Assembly: GCF_035594765.1 (NCBI RefSeq)
Contig: NC_085841.1
Coordinates: 316,395,402-316,459,401 of the forward strand
DNA: 64,000 nucleotides
Origin: Anolis carolinensis
Lineage: Eukaryota
Direction of reading: 5' to 3'
The notes beneath the pieces were generated by a model. It was not told the origin of the DNA. It did no database searches and saw only the letters and a program-made list of their open reading frames with translations. A program made the position numbers and the translations under genes. Below, one piece after another: positions 62,836 through 64,000 of this stretch (its first letter is position 1; each line of letters begins with the position of its first letter).

Positions 62836-62970
62836 CAGTGGTTCTCAACCTGTGGGTCCCCAGATGTTTTGGACTTCAGCTCCCAAAAATCCTAACAGCT
62901 GGTAAACTGGCTGGGATTTCTGGGAGTTCTGGGCCAAAACACCTGGAGACTCACAGTTTGAGAACCACTG
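62836..62970. mobile_element. hAT-superfamily MITE
   Basis: CAGTGGTTCTCAA TIRs, 8-bp TSD ATCTAAAG. Confidence 0.9.
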
Positions 62971-64000
62971 ATCTAAAGCATGTTATTTTACAACAGACAT
63001 GCTGGTTTGTTGTTGTCATCGTAATCCATCTCCCACTCTTGCCTCCCTTCTTAATTTCCTTTTGAGTTTTTTAATAGTGTTCTTGTATGGTTAGGATTGG
63101 ACTAGATGGCTATTTTTAATCTTTCCTACCCTAGGATTATACTATCTTCTTCGTTGTGCCTTACATCCCAATGGTATTCCAGAGGCCACATTCATGTCTG
63201 TGTGTTCATGAAGCTCAGGGGCCTCATGTTGCCTGTTCCTTCCATGGACCTCATCAAATCTGTGGCCCCGTTGTGTTTTTCATCAAAATGTATCAGAATG
63301 CTTAATAACTATTGCTAAACAGGTCTAAGAACAACATTTGTTGTGCTTTACTGTATATCATTGGACATCGTAGTCATGGTAGGACTAACTATATTAAATT
63401 AAATAGAAACCAATCAGTCACTTTATTTATATCCTGTCCTTCCTCAGGGTAAGACATTACTTCTATATTTAAAAAAATAATTAGAAAAAGACAAATGTCA
63501 GTCAATGTTTAGGAAGAAAGAAAAAAGAGAACATTTTGGAATAATGTTTTCAGACTAATGTCTTGGCAAGAAATGTGTGAATTATGTTTGGCAAGAAGTG
63601 CATGAATTTTAACTCTTTAGCATAACCACACAAGTTTTGTCTTGGTACAATTTTACAACAAGCTGATCAGAACATAAATAATTACAGTGTGTTCAGGTAT
63701 ACATTTACATATTTATGGTCATGAATTAGAGGTAGTTGTAACAAAGAAGAATGTGATTTTTTTGTCACTTGATGTCGGGTATGAAGACTGCTGTATATTT
63801 TTAGTACTATGTGTAACAGCTTTTTAAAACAGAAGAGCTGTCTTAGTGAACATATTGCCTGAAAGCAAATTTTCTCTTCTGGTTCTGTTGGTGGATGAAG
63901 ACCACATGTGCTGACCAACATATTTTGGTGCTTTCAGTTTTGACTACATCACTCCTGTGACATGAAACTGAATCATTACATCAAGTACTCTCCCCATTCC

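Overview
Vertebrate intronic DNA, very probably anole lizard (Anolis; inferred from the squamate repeat set: Sauria SINE, 5S-derived SINE, BovB, young CR1, R4/Dong, many TA- and hAT-MITEs). The window holds five coding exons of formin-1 (FMN1, + strand: 8603-8664, 39702-40447, 44982-45132, 53323-53410, 62675-62736). Their splice phases are mutually consistent and they encode the pre-FH1 coiled coil, FH1 and the start of FH2. The ~31 kb intron 8665-39701 contains an intact, very recent Ty3/Gypsy chromovirus of the Tf1/Sushi (PEG10-related) group (29599-35988, - strand, 958-bp LTRs with one visible mismatch, TSD GTCTG), inserted into an R4/Dong LINE fragment. A diverged solo LTR of the same family (20510-21474, TSD GAGCC) sits in an L2 fragment. 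Three features of this element stand out. (1) Pol does not stop after the chromodomain but reads about 92 codons into the 3' LTR and ends in an HMGN-like RRSARIAAK motif; in the solo LTR this frame has identical length and the motif differs mostly by synonymous changes. (2) There is no tRNA primer-binding site; instead the predicted RNA 5' end is complementary to the PBS position (self-priming). (3) The gag-pol -1 frameshift appears to use a non-canonical G_GGG_GAA heptamer followed by an H-type pseudoknot. All coordinates and family calls were read by eye, with no database search.
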